From NCBI GenBank assembly GCA_949358305.1, contig OX442314.1, positions 31,124,001 through 31,188,000 on the forward strand: a DNA stretch of 64,000 nucleotides. Direction: 5' to 3'. The DNA comes from Strigamia acuminata (taxonomy: Eukaryota). This document shows, in pieces, positions 1 through 12,093 of the stretch; position 1 is the first letter of the stretch, and every line of letters begins with the position of its first letter. Below the pieces are notes generated by a model. It ran no database searches. It was not told the DNA's origin and saw only the letters and a list, made by a program, of their open reading frames with translations. Made by a program: the position numbers and the translations under genes.

Positions 1-1
1 A

Positions 2-3000
2 GAAATTTCGCAAGTAGATTGCTTCTTTTGACGCGTCGGCCAACGCCATATATTCTGCTTCGGTCGATGACGTAGCGACGGTCTTTTGCTTTTTTGCTTC
101 CCAGCATATCGTCGCGTTCGCCAGTATAAAGCAGTAGCCGGTGTACGAGCGGCGGTCGTCTAAATTTGCTCCCCAATCCGCATCTGTGTAGCCAATCAGG
201 TCTTCTCCGGTTCTTTCGAATTTTAGCCCGAGATTTGTTGAGTGTTTCAAATATCTTAGAACACGCTTCGCTGCTGTCCAATGGGTTCCAGTAAAGCACG
301 TGTTATATTGGCTTAATGCACTGACGGCGTAGGAAATGTCGGGTCGAGTGCAAACAGCGAGGTACATAAGTGATCCGATCAAACTTTGGTACGGGAACTT
401 CTCCGGATCGAGTAGTTCTTCATTGGTCCCGTCCTCTTTTTTCTTATTTTTCTGCAACTTCTGATTTGCATCGAGTGGAGTTGTGTTTGTCGTGCAGTTT
501 TGCATTCCAAATCGATTCAGTACGTCCTTCACGTATTTTTTCTGCGTCATCGTGATCGATTTTGTCTTTTCGTCCTGTTTAAACTCGATTCCCAAACAAT
601 AGTGAATTTTTCCCAGGTCTTTCATTTTGAATTCGCTCTTCAATTTCGATTTTATTGTGTCCATATTTCTTTTGCAATTCGTTGCAATTATGAAGTCATC
701 CACGTAGATTGCAACAAGCGTGATAACTTCTTCATCCATTTGGTAATACACGCATGGGTCTGCATTTGTTGGCTTCAGTCCGTGCTTTTGCAGCTTCTCG
801 TCCAGCTTTTTGTACCACTGCCGGCCCGACTGTTTCAATCCGTATAACGCTTTTTTCATTCGGCAAACTTTTCCTTTCTTGATTTTTATTCCGGCAATGA
901 ACTCCAAAAATTCAGGGAATTCCATAAATATTTCCTCTTCAATTTCGCCATTCAAGTATGCCGTTATGGCGTCCATTTGGTGCACGGTTAGTCCTAGCTC
1001 GGCCGCGATTGCCATTATCATTCGAATTGACCCCGGTCGTGCGACGGGCGCGTAGGTTTCAAAGTAGTCGATGCCTGGCTGCTGTGCATATCCTTTGGCG
1101 ACCAGTCGGGCCTTTCTGCGCTCAATTGATCCATCGGCTTCAAATTTCGTGCGCAAAACCCATCTGCATCCAATTACATTTCGATTTTTCGGGCGATCGC
1201 ATTCTTCCCATGTTTCGTTTTCAATTAAAGCGTCGTACTCTTCCCTCATCGCTTTCATCCATTCCTGCGGGTCATTTCCGTTTAATGCTTCGGTTGCTGT
1301 CGTCGGATCGTCGGGGGTTGCTATTTGTGCAATCTCGTCCAAAATTTCATCAGCGGTTGGCAAGTTCTTTCTGGTGTATTTCTTACTGGGTGGGTCCCCA
1401 TTTCGATTTGGGTAAGGTTTTGGCGTTCTTGCGGATCGTCGTGGTGGCGGTTGCATGTTCTCAATTTGTGGGGTTTCGACTTCCCCTTGCTCTGGCTCCG
1501 ATTCGTTTCCGTTTTCGTTTGCAGTCTCGTTTTCGATGTCGGCGTTGTTTTCGTCGTTCTCGGATGTTTCAAATTCATCTAGGCTGGTTCCGAATTCAAT
1601 GGTGACTTCGTTTTCGTCTTCGTTCGGTTCCACTTCTAATTTCTTGTTTGATTCTTCATCCAATTCTCCGACAAATTTTACGTCTCGACTTTTGATCATT
1701 TTCCGTTCATCTTTTGACCACATTCGATACGCCTTTGATCCCTCCCAATAGCCGACAAAAATGCATTCTTTTGACTTTGGGTCAAATTTCTTTCTTCCTG
1801 GTTTCTTGTCTAGCACAAAAGCTCGACTTCCGAAAATTTTAAAGTGGCCAACGTCCGGTTTCTTTCCAGTTAAAGCTTGATACGGTGTCTCGTTCTCCAA
1901 GCTTCTTGTTGGGCATCTGTTTCGAATGTAGCATGCGGTGTTTATTGCTTCCGCCCAAAATGCACCCGACAATTTCGATTGTATAATCATGCATTGTGCC
2001 ATTTCTAGTAATGTCCGGTTCATGCGTTCCGATACGCCGTTCTGCTCGGGGGTGTACTCGACGGTGAGTTGTCGTTGTATGCCGTTCATCTTCAAATAAT
2101 CGTCGAATTCTTTATTTCTGTATTCTTTTCCGTTGTCTGATCGAATTGTCTTTACTCGACATCCAGTTTGATTTTCGCAAAGTGCTTTAAATGTTTTAAA
2201 AGCTTCGAAAACCTCGTTTTTGTGTTTGAGGAAATAAACCTTGCACCATCTGGTCTTGTCGTCGATGAATGTTACGAAATATCTCGAACCGTTGAGTGAT
2301 TTTGATGGCATTGGTCCGCACACGTCGGAATGTATTATTTCAAGGTGATTTTTGCTTCTTGTTGTTGAGACTGGGAATTTTTTGCTTGCATGTTTCCCTT
2401 TAATGCACGTCTCGCAAGTCGGCAGTTTCGCGTCCTTTTCAAAATCAATTCCGTACGCTTTTCCGTCGTTTCGCAGCAACTTCAAATTTGACTCGTTCAA
2501 ATGTCCAAACTTCTCGTGCCATTCGCGAATTTTCACGTTCCCGGTTCTCGTCTTCTCGACTTCCGTATTTGCGCTCTTGGTTTTCACGATTTCGTCTGCT
2601 ACTGCGGCTCCTTCGCTTTTGTCGACAATGTAGTACAGGCCGTTTCGTTTCTCCGCGGTGAAAGAGACTTCTCCATTTGGTTTTATAACTTCTGCGGTCT
2701 TTTTCTCGAAAATAACTTTGTCGCCTCGGTCGGTTATTTTTCCGACGGACATTAGATTCGTTCGCAAATCACGTACCAACAACGTTTCTTCCAATTCCAA
2801 ATGTAGATTGTCGTCTTCGGAACCAATTACGATCTTTACTGTTCCTTTTCCGTCAATTTTCGTACTCGCGTTGCTGGCCAAATTCAATTTTTGGTTCTCC
2901 AAAGTTTTAATGTTCGTGAATGTCGATTCGTCCGAGCACATGTGAGAACTGGCGCCGCTGTCTAAACACCATTTTCTTGATTTTGGCGCTTCACATTTCA

Positions 3001-3066
3001 TCGCCGTTTCCATCCATTCACAACAATACGCGTCGTGTTTAAATTTTTCGGCTCTCGACGCAGTTT
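2..3066 (-). CDS. pol: copia pol (protease, integrase, RT, RNase H), apparently open to the window edge
   Basis: WCLDSGASSHM protease motif at ~2940-2971 and WEAKKQKTVATSSTEAEYMAL RNase H motif at ~40-105 lie in the same frame. It is absent from the ORF track, consistent with no stop before the edge. Confidence 0.92.
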
Positions 3067-3842
3067 TTTTTCTTATTCTTGCTCCAACAATCCGCGATTT
3101 TGTGGCCAAGTTTTCCGCAGCCGTGACATTTAAACTTGAAAGTCGACTTCTCACCAGAATTGAATTTTTCGTCGTTATTTTTCTTCGACTGACCTCGCCT
3201 CTGGAACGACTTTTTCGCCATCATCGCGTCGGACACGTCTTCCTTTCCCTTTCCTCGAGCGATCGATTCGTCTTTTATTTTGCTCTCCAAAATTTCCAGC
3301 GACGGCAACTCGTCTCGAGACTCCATCGCGCATCGAAAGTTTTCATATGATTTTGGTAAACTTAGCAGCAATAATATCGACGTAAGATCCTCGGGGATTT
3401 TGAAGTCCATGTCCAGTAACTTGTCCACCACCTCGAAAAATTCTTTTAGGTGGTTTTCCACGTTTTCACCTTCGGCCATTTTGTACGTCGCCAGTCGTTT
3501 CAACAGCGTGGATTTTTTCGCTGGCCCTCTCGATTGAAAAACACTGTGCAGCTTCTTCCACAATTCGTTTGCGGTGCCGCAATTTTTAGTCATTCGGAGT
3601 TCGGATTGCTTTATATTCAGCAAGATATCGTACTTGGCCGTTCGATCACTTTTCTCCCAAATTTCAATCTCCTTCATTCGTTTCGCGTTGCCCTCGATGG
3701 TTTCTGGTCGCTTTGATGTCCCTTCTGCGTGTGCGAGGAGGTCTCGGTGACCCAAGATTGCTTCCATCTGGATCTTCCAAACGTCAAAATTTTCTTTTCC
3801 TAGCGCCTCGATTCTCCCCGAACTTTCTTTCGCTGTCGTCAT
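3039..3842 (-). CDS. gag: copia gag with CCHC zinc knuckle
   Basis: LGKENFDVWKIQMEAIL N-terminus, LLLSLPKSYENF, CHGCGKLGHKIADC. Confidence 0.95.
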   Translation of the reverse strand: MTTAKESSGRIEALGKENFDVWKIQMEAILGHRDLLAHAEGTSKRPETIEGNAKRMKEIEIWEKSDRTAKYDILLNIKQSELRMTKNCGTANELWKKLHSVFQSRGPAKKSTLLKRLATYKMAEGENVENHLKEFFEVVDKLLDMDFKIPEDLTSILLLLSLPKSYENFRCAMESRDELPSLEILESKIKDESIARGKGKEDVSDAMMAKKSFQRRGQSKKNNDEKFNSGEKSTFKFKCHGCGKLGHKIADCWSKNKKKNCVESRKI

Positions 3843-3949
3843 TTTTCAAGATTCTTATTTGAAATCGATTTACGTGTTGAAAACTTTTCAATTTCTTCTC
3901 AATCGTTTCGTTCTGCAAAATCTCGTTTTTGTGCGCAGTTATAAGAGTC

Positions 3950-3963
3950 CTGGGCCCATAACC
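3950..3963 (-). promoter_or_regulatory. primer-binding site GGTTATGGGCCCAG (tRNA-iMet half-molecule type)
   Basis: Directly abuts the LTR 3' CA; matches the Drosophila copia-type PBS. Confidence 0.88.
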
Positions 3964-4178
3964 TGTAGTTTTGGTTCGAATATATTTTGGAGACACAAAG
4001 TGAATACGCGTGGCTTTTGGGTGAATATTTTACAGTGATTCATTTAATACAAAACAGATGTGAAAAAGTGCGTAGAGCACCAAATACAATACGAAGCACC
4101 GATTGGTTGGTACTAAATACAAGTGCACAGGTGGGAAAGACACCTGGCGGTGAGGAATATGACATTCATAAAACAACA
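3964..4178 (-). repeat. 5' LTR of the copia element (215 bp)
   Basis: Minus-strand termini TGTTGTTTT...AAAACTACA form an imperfect inverted repeat, adjacent to the PBS. Confidence 0.82.
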
Positions 4179-4209
4179 CTAAATCTTGGTGCAAACAAAA
4201 TCAAAGGTA

Positions 4210-4410
4210 AAAATTGTTTTTAAATGAGGATGTGCAAGAGAAAATACACTGAGGATTTGTTCTAACTTGAACGGATATCGTGTTTTTTCTCGTGTGAACC
4301 CCGCACTTATTGTTTTTAAATGAGGCGGATGCGCAAGAGAAAATACACTAATGATTTGTTCTATCGTGATTGGAGATCGTGTTTTATCTCGTGTGAACCC
4401 CGTACTTGTT
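4210..4410. repeat. two diverged tandem copies of ~100 bp
   Basis: TAAATGAGG..GCAAGAGAAAATACACT..CTCGTGTGAACCCCG occurs twice. Confidence 0.85.
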
Positions 4411-5254
4411 CTCACAACGGAAAGGCGTCGGCCGACTCGGCTCGTGAGTGCGCTTCGTTCTTGCTGATCATAGTTTATTTCGATTAATTTTTGCTCTCAG
4501 ATGGGTAATTTTTCAACAAAATGTACCAAAGTATGTTTGTTTAGCATTGCGTCAGGTTTGTTTCACTACTTATTCGAATTTCGCAGCTTGTTTTTATCGA
4601 TCGAACATTTCATTCCATCCGTGTGTCATATTTCAAGGGAGTGGTAAGTCAAAAAGCAGCAAAATTGTTCGATTTGGAAATGGTGAGGGGGAATTAATCA
4701 CACTGTACGAAAATTTCTAGTTTTTCTTTACTTTTTTATGTTTTTATTTTATTTTATTTTTTTAAAAGTTTTATTTATTTATTTTTCTACACACGCAATA
4801 ATTGCTAGTAGTATTGCTAGACAAATTTGGTTTCTTATACTTCTCAGATCATCTCCAAAATTTGGATTTAGGGCTAATGAAGGCCGGAAATCAATGACGT
4901 TGACAATTTTGGACGCAAACGGAAACAGGCAGGAAAACGAGATAAATGGCTATAGGTTAAGGGGGAAGTTGTTATTGCTGGTTTTACAGTGTTAGTGGGA
5001 AGGGGGGGGGGGTCGGTCGGTTAAGTATGATTGTTCCCAAAATGGATTTGATTCTGCGAACAAAGTCAATGGTAAATAAGTTAGTAAATTAGGGGGTGTA
5101 AAATCCAACTCTCAACCTCCACGTGGTCACCCCTGGAGAAACTGACGACTTGAACTAGTCTCAGTGGAACCAAAAGAGAGCTCTGGTCAAATGCAGCTGC
5201 ACGCAATTTGTCCTGTTTTCAATTTAAAAAAATATATTTTGTGGTTGATATATT

Positions 5255-5640
5255 TTGTACTGTAAGCCCGCATACCTCACAACTAACGTTGCATTTACAT
5301 TTATTTGTATTGTAAGCCTGCAAATCCTACAAGATTGTGGCATTTACATTTATTTGTATTGTAAGCCTGCAAATCCTACAAGATTGTGGCATTTACATTT
5401 ATTTGTATTGCAAGCCCACACACCCTTCACGATTGTGGCATTTACATTTATTTGTATTGTAAGCCTGCAAATCCTACAAGATTGTGGCATTTACATTTAT
5501 TTGTATTGTAAGCCTGCAAATCCTACAAGATTGTGGCATTTACATTTATTTGTATTGTAAGCCTGCAAATCCTACAAGATTGTGGCATTTACATTTATTT
5601 GTATTGTAAGCCTGCAATCCTACATGTGGCATTTACATGA
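5255..5640. repeat. 49-bp tandem minisatellite, ~7-8 units
   Basis: Unit GATTGTGGCATTTACATTTATTTGTATTGTAAGCCTGCAAATCCTACAA. Confidence 0.95.
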
Positions 5641-5984
5641 TTTTATACCGCAGTTTATATCACATTGTTACATGAATGTGGCATCTACTTCATCCAATAT
5701 TTTCTTCAGAAGATTTGTTGTTGGTGGTTCTTGATTCAACTTTTGAGATTGATTGTTCCTTGATCTTGTTTTACATCCACTGCAACTGTTTTTCCTTCAA
5801 ATTTGTTAGTAGTTATTTGGCTATTTGTGTAAAATGATAATTTTTATATTTTACTATCTTGGCTCTCTGGTTTTGATTTGGTTTTCTATCCACATTACCA
5901 TTCAAAGGTTAATTACCTCTAAATGTTTTCCAATTGTTTTGGTCTAATAGTTTCTCCAGTTTCTGTTTGACCTTCTACCTTCCC

Positions 5985-6335
5985 CATCGAGTCACGGGCA
6001 AAACACGTTTGTCGGGCCACCAGCCGTCTTTTGTACTTTGTTAAAATTTGGCTCTATTACTCCTCTTGTACCAACTTTCGGATTCGTTCCAGTCTGGCGC
6101 CGGAAATCCACTCCCAGACGGGTATTCTGCCGCTCCAATTAAATCGCTCATACCCCGTTGGCCTCCCCACCGGTGCACCTGACAAGCCGCATTCGGATAC
6201 GTTGAGTCAGAATAGGCATGGCATTCAAACTTTTATTCCCTAACAGTGGAACTAGAGGCTTGTGGTTCGTGGATATGAAAATCTCGTCCATCAAATACTT
6301 TGAAAATTTCTCACATGCCCACGTGACCCCCACTC
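5985..6335 (-). pseudogene. Ty3/gypsy RNase H and linker remnant
   Basis: GVTWACEKFSKYL...TNHKPLVPLLG...QRIRMRL, followed by degenerate RLERIRKLVQEE. Confidence 0.8.
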
Positions 6336-6699
6336 TGGTATTAACGAAGCGTCCTCCAAATCATTAATGACCACTAATTCTGATGATGAAAGTTGGGTCA
6401 AACACTGAGGTGGTCTTTCTATCTCGAGAAGACATTCGTCGGAGGCTTCCGGATCCCACTCGATCTCCTGAGAACTTTGGGTTGCATCCTCATCAATGCA
6501 GGATTTCGTTCTCTTGATTAACGGTTCGTCTTTGATTTTGTACGGGCTGCCTCTCTTCTTCTCCAATGCTGGAGTTTTTTCTTCTGGCTTTGACTTCTTA
6601 AACTTTATCGCTTGTTTGGAAACAGCTTCCTAAACCTTGTTGTATTTCTTTTCAGCTAAAAGCTGAGTTGACTTAACTCCAACTGATGTTCAGTCGGAG

Positions 6700-7133
6700 T
6701 CAGATGAGGGTCTTGAACTCGTTAAAGTTCAAAACGATTTGTTTTTTGTCAAACTGTAATGAGATACAAATAAATATTATAATCAAATAAATAATAATAA
6801 TAAAGGACTTATGCTTTTCCCAATTAAGAAAAATATGCGCCATTCTGGCTCCTGGATTTCAATGAAGTGCCTCTGACCAAAAGTTATGCTTATATCAGCC
6901 GAATCGGTTTTGCATATTGCTGCAGCTTGCTTAATTTCTGACCAGCATTGAACAAAACACTGCCATATGTATTCATTAAACGCCAATCCGTCAACGGCAG
7001 CAAGATCTCCGGTTTCCTTGGGGATTTTATAGTGTCTTAAATGAACCAGGATCTTCCCTTCAAATTCGGTCACAGTTGCATAAAAATCTTCTTCATCCAA
7101 CTTGTACTCATGTGGCTGGGAATTTGAAGTCAT
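6700..7133 (-). pseudogene. tandem PC4-like ssDNA-binding protein, probably two exons with a dead donor
   Basis: YATVTEFEGKILVHLRHY...GLAFNEYIW matches the PC4 (p15/Sub1) pattern. The second half ends IFFLIGKS, then ATAAGT...CATTACAG, then in-frame FDKKQIVLNFNEFKTL. Confidence 0.65.
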
Positions 7134-7898
7134 TTTGATCTTGAATTAAGAAAGATTATTTACTACTCTCTTCAATTTGTGATAATGGCAAAATTCCAAG
7201 AGACTAGCTTGTAATTCTTCTGCTCGTTTCCATTTTTCCAGTTGAGGAAAAATATGGAATTTTGTCCTTCGTATGAATGCCTTTATCATTGACCTTCATG
7301 ATTCTACCGGACCATTTTTTTAGATGCTAATGTCTCTAGCTTTTTCTGTCTTTCTTCTAAAGTTTTACCATCTATACTAGCCCAGATGGTTTCTAAAAAT
7401 TCCTTTTTTAGAGCTGTGGTTTTGAAGAAATTATCGCAGTCTTTTTGTTGCTGAATCCTGAAATAATGTACCACCCAACAACAGCTGTCTAGCAGTGAAA
7501 GACGCGACTAAACCAAACCCAAACATCATTATTGATGAATTAATTCGAGTGCGATTCGATTAACCACCTGCTTACCAGTTGAGTTCCGATTGGAAGTTTA
7601 ATGTTTCATTGTTTTCTCATCGCTTACCATTTGCGTCGTTTTGTTTACGTTGTACTTTTCCGGATAGGTGCAACCAGCACGTTATTATATTCTGAATCTA
7701 ATGGTCAACCAATCGATAATGTTTTTATTTCATATGCTTGTTACGGTACCACCGCGGTAGCTTAGCCCAGATGGTTTCTAAAAATTCCTTTTTTAGAGCT
7801 GTGGTTTTGAAGAAATCATCAGTCTTTTTGTTCCTCCTCGGTGGCCGGAAACTAAGAGCGGCGACCATAAAGGCTCTCCTTGCTGTCAAAGACATGTC

Positions 7899-8048
7899 AT
7901 CCCGTTTTAAATTGAAAACTTCCCGTTTTAAATTGGAAACTTCCCGTTTTAAATTGAAAACTTCCCGTTTTAAATTGAAAACTTCCCGTTTTAAATTGAA
8001 AACTTTCCGTTTTAAATTGAAAACTTTCCGTTTTATATTGAAAACTTC
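7899..8048. repeat. 21-bp tandem repeat, ~7 units
   Basis: TCCCGTTTTAAATTGAAAACT repeated. Confidence 0.95.
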
Positions 8049-8330
8049 TCAGTTTCGAGCGCAGATAAACATGATTAGAATTCAAATAAAATTACAAACG
8101 GAATTTCTGCTCGAGTATAGGTCTGGGGTTGCACTATTGAATTCATTCACTCAATCATGTCTTTTCTTGTCGAATGCTATTTTCTTTGAAATTCTTTTCT
8201 TCGTTTTCCTTGGCAATATAATGGAGTTTAAAAATTAGTTTAATCTAGCTTTTACAGTGGGGGAGCAGATTAACAAACGCGATATGTAATGGGTAATAAT
8301 GAATAACCCACACATGATAAAAAGGGAATA

Positions 8331-8501
8331 CTGTACTGCCTCGATTTAACGCCGGGCGTATCTAAACGCCGGGCCTCGATTAAACGCCGGGGCCTAGGAG
8401 GCGTGTAGTGCACTAAATGCCGCCGTAAGCCGACCCGCTCTGGAGGGGGTCGGCTTGGAAAAAATTAATAAACGCCCCGGCGTTAAATCGAGGCAGTACG
8501 G
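8331..8501. mobile_element. Tc1/mariner (pogo-like) MITE, 171 bp
   Basis: TIR C(T/C)GTACTGCCTCGATTTAACGCC at both ends, flanked by TA on each side. Confidence 0.88.
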
Positions 8502-8504
8502 TAA

Positions 8505-8830
8505 GCACTGACAGTAAGTTTTTTTTAAAATCATGCCTCTGCTTATTGTTTCTATCAAATGAAATAATGCTAGAAAATGTCGAGAGACCAGTCAGAATAC
8601 CAATAACTGATCCAATATCGGAAATTAGTTTTATCAGTGGTACCATTGTAAAGTATGCATTGGTTATGTAACTAGGTATACTCAGATATTTTATATGTTG
8701 GGTTTTTCTAAGCCGTAGCAAATTTACTTGCAGGAAATGACCAGTGGCTGTAGTGTTGTAATAAACCTTCATTTTGGTTTCCATCGGCTGTAGTTGTCAC
8801 AGTTCAACAAATTACTTTGTTTTAAAAATA
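8505..8830 (-). pseudogene. possible DEG/ENaC channel C-terminal fragment (paralog at 16850-17260)
   Basis: KLISDIGSVIGILTGLSTFS resembles the TM2 motif LLSDIGGxxGLFxGxS. Short similarity only. Confidence 0.35.
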
Positions 8831-9094
8831 TGTAAGCACATGGAAAAGAACTAACACTTGGGGAATAAGCTGCTGGTCATGTGACATCATGAATAGTGAA
8901 TTATGAAATATAATAAATATTTGCCCAAATCATTTTTATCATTTATCACAATGGCCAGCATGATGGCGTGTGAAATCACACAGGAAAACGAATAAAATTG
9001 TGAAAACTATCAAACAACTCGGGAGAAATAAATCACAAACTTCTCCAGCGATTGATGTTATTGATGACATTGAATTTGAGTCTGTAAAGTCTGT

Positions 9095-9562
9095 AAGTTG
9101 GTGGGAGGCATCCTGAGGCAATAATACGATGCCATGTTTTCTTTGCGAACAAGATGTTATGTTTTCCTAAAAGGCACTGGCTTTTTATTGAAACACATAG
9201 ATGAAAACATCTAAACTTGACATTCATTTTTTCCAAACGTGACATTCGGAATGATACCGAGTAATCTATTGTGGGGATGTATTATTTTTATAGACCCAGA
9301 TTTAGATTTCAAAGAAAAATTAAAAAATTTCCAGGTCAATGTAACTTTTTTTTCCAATGGCTGAAATGGACCTGGCTATGATGGAGGGGGTTAGTATGGG
9401 ATTATCTCCCTTCTCTCTTTACTTCCTTGTATCAAATCCCACTACTTTTTTTTATCAACAAGCATTTTCATTTTTTACTTGACAAAATGGATGTGGTTCT
9501 AAACATTGAAAATGATGTTACAACAATGCAACAAAACTCGCAGGCTGCTGTTGCAATAATGC
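9095..9562. repeat. ~470-bp local duplication (copy at ~10355-10853; partial at ~15180-15280)
   Basis: Near-identical GGCATCCTGAGGCAATAATACGATGCC...GCAATAATGC blocks. Confidence 0.9.
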
Positions 9563-9576
9563 TTGAATTTAATGTA

Positions 9577-10082
9577 TTTTTTCACTTGAATGACACTTGA
9601 AAACACTTTTTTCACTTGAATGACACTTGAAAACACTTTTTTCACTTGAATGACACTTGAAAACACTTTTTTCACTTGAATTCACTTAAAAAAGTCTTTT
9701 TTCAATTGAAATCACATTTTTTATTATTTCGTTTACATAATTTTGACTTAAAATTTAAAACTTACATGGGTGGAGAAGTCAAATAACATGTTTCTTAATG
9801 AATGGAGTAATCAGCAAACACTTTGAGTGGAATTGTTATGTATTTAATCAGGTTTTCAAGCATCGCCGGGATGGTAAAGAAAAGTCTTTCACCGATTGGT
9901 GACTGACCTTCAGAACAGAAGTGCTCCAATAAATTCCAAGTAGCCTTCTGCATCCTCCAAACTGCAAACTGCATTTGGAAATAGATGTGACAGGTGTTTC
10001 TTGTCGATTATTTCCATCAATGGAATGTAGGTATTTCTAAGAATGCCGATCTTCGATACAATTCCTATCGCATTCTCTAGGT
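9577..10082 (-). pseudogene. C-terminal fragment of the repeat-domain ORF family plus a ~30-bp tandem repeat (homologous to 37180-37660)
   Basis: ILRNTYIPLMEIIDKKHLSHLF..VCSLEDAEGYL..GERLFFTIP, followed by TTTTTCACTTGAATGACACTTGAAAACAC tandems as at 37.2 kb. Confidence 0.8.
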
Positions 10083-10839
10083 TAGGTTGCCTCCTGCCAT
10101 GTGCGACGCTGGAGGCCTGGTGGGAGTTCCGGGACGTCGATGAGACGAACTCTGTCGTCCTGGTCTGCCGTTTCTCCTGCCCTCCATTCTACCATACCAA
10201 TGATCTCCTTCTTGTCAATAAGAGGACGCACTGTGTGGGCCCCCCAGTGGAAGGCCAAGTTGGCTGCGCGTTTTCTCAACCATCGCCCGAAACAACGTGG
10301 ACAAACCGATTCCGTCCAATTCAATCCATTCACGCCCAACACCGATCATCCGAAGTTGGTGGGCGGCATCCTGAGGCAATAATACGATGCCATGTTTTCC
10401 TTGCAAACAAGATGTTATGTTTTCCTAAAAGGCACTGGCTTTTTATTGAAAAACATAGATTATAAACATCTAAACTTGACATTCATTTTTTCCAAACGTG
10501 ACATTCGGAATGATACCGAGTAATCTATTGTGGGGATGTATTATTTTTATAGATCCAGATTTAGATTTCAAAGAAAAATTAAAAAAAATTGAGATAAAAT
10601 TGTAAAAAAAATTAAAAAATTTCCAGGTTAATGTTACTTTTTTTTCCAATGGCTGAAATGGATCTGGCTATGATGGAGGGGATTAGTATGGGATTATCTC
10701 CCTTCTTCCTTTACTTCTTTGTATCAAATCCCACTACTTTTTTTTATCAACAAGCATTTTCATTTTTTACTTGACAAAATGGATGTGGTTCTAAACATTG
10801 AAAATGATGTTATAACAATGCAACAAAACTCGCAGGCTG

Positions 10840-11238
10840 CTATTGCAATAATGCAACAAACCACGGAGCGTGCTGTTCGGTCAAATAAGGTTTATACAGG
10901 TTATACAGGTTATACAGATCAATTATGCTCGTTGTTAAACCTTCAAGCACGCGAACAAGCGGCTCATTAATGAGCACTGGCCGCGGCCCGACCACTGTCC
11001 CAAGCATGGCCATTGCCTTGCGCGCTGCCAGTGCAGCATTTCGCTGGTGGATTATTACGACACCTAATAATATGTCTGCTTCAGTCAGTGTGAATAAGTC
11101 CTCCGCGGTGAGCTGAGGATATTCTGGAAGCGGTGGCGGTGGTGGTGGTGATGGTGGCAGTGGCGGTTCCATGTTGCTCTCCTGTGGATGTGGTTGTGGC
11201 AGCAGTGGTGGCGGCTCCACCTGTTCTTCTTCTTGCAT
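10840..11238 (-). CDS. proline-rich hypothetical ORF (132 aa)
   Basis: GC-richer open frame with EPPLPPSPPPPPPLPEYP followed by a helical segment; no family recognised. Confidence 0.35.
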   Translation of the reverse strand: MQEEEQVEPPPLLPQPHPQESNMEPPLPPSPPPPPPLPEYPQLTAEDLFTLTEADILLGVVIIHQRNAALAARKAMAMLGTVVGPRPVLINEPLVRVLEGLTTSIIDLYNLYNLYKPYLTEQHAPWFVALLQ

Positions 11239-11695
11239 TACGGCGGAACGGGCTATGGCGCGATGCTCTTCGTTGTTGCATAAAAATCTTCTTCATCCAA
11301 CTTGTACTCATGTGGCTCGGAATTTGAAGTCATTTTGATCTTGAATTAAGAAAGATTATTTTCTACTCTCTTCAATTTGTGATAATGGCAAAATTCCAAG
11401 AGATTAGCTTCTAATTCTTCTGCTCGTTTCTATTTTTCCAGTTGGGGAAAAATATGGAATTCTGTCCTTCGTATGAATGCCTTTATCATTGATCTCCATG
11501 ATTCTACAGGACCATGTTTTTAAGAGTATAGACGCTAATGTCTCTAGCTTTTTCTGTCTTTCTTCTAAGGTTTTACCATCTACTTCTAACTAAAATTCCA
11601 TGTTATCAAAAAATAACAAAAATATGAGCGTGGTTGTGTAGGGCAAAAAATAGCCAACCACACAAAGGAATAGAGTTTGACATTTTAAACTATTT

Positions 11696-12093
11696 TTAAA
11701 CTATTTTTAACAAAAATCGTTCGGCGAACGCCGCCAACTCCGTCTTGAAACTTGCCTCCCGCCATGTGCGACGCTGGAGGTCTGGTGGGAGTTCCGGGAC
11801 GTCGATGAGACGAACTCTGTCGTCCTGGTCTGCCGTTTCTCCCGCCCTCCATGCCACCATACCAATAATCTCCTTCTTGTCAATAAGAGGACGCACTGTG
11901 TGGGATACCTCTGAATCTGTGATTGAAGGCGTATATTGTAATCTTCATTTTCATTACGCCTTGCTGCATTTTGTTGATGTCCCTGTACTCTGGCAACGGG
12001 CACATCTTGTCTTGATGACGGACCTGGACGAATTTTATCACCATCATCGTCATTTTGCTTACGTTTATTGTTTGGTGCACTCTCTCGATCCAT
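11696..12093 (-). pseudogene. hypothetical ORF family, frameshifted (paralog at 10082-10342)
   Basis: Both copies share HTVRPLIDKKEIIGMVxWRAGETADQDDRVRLIDVPELPPxLQRRTW. Confidence 0.5.

Larger units (their letters stand above)
1..4178 (-). mobile_element. Ty1/copia LTR retrotransposon, near-intact, 3' end beyond the left window edge
   Basis: Order on the minus strand is 5' LTR, PBS, gag, protease, integrase, RT, RNase H. Integrase before RT is the copia domain order. Confidence 0.96.

Noticed and set aside
370..2945. Many plus-strand ORFs over the copia pol
   Set aside because: Antisense shadows of the minus-strand pol frame; no motifs of their own.
3064..3071. AAAAAAC and TTTAAAC as programmed -1 frameshift sites
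   Set aside because: pol lies in the +1 frame relative to gag, so a -1 slip would not reach it.
5255..5640. CRISPR-like array or repeat protein
   Set aside because: Head-to-tail 49-mers without unique spacers, eukaryotic context, no cas genes.
7738..8238. 166-aa ORF with SRFKLKT repeats
   Set aside because: Translation of a 21-bp minisatellite.
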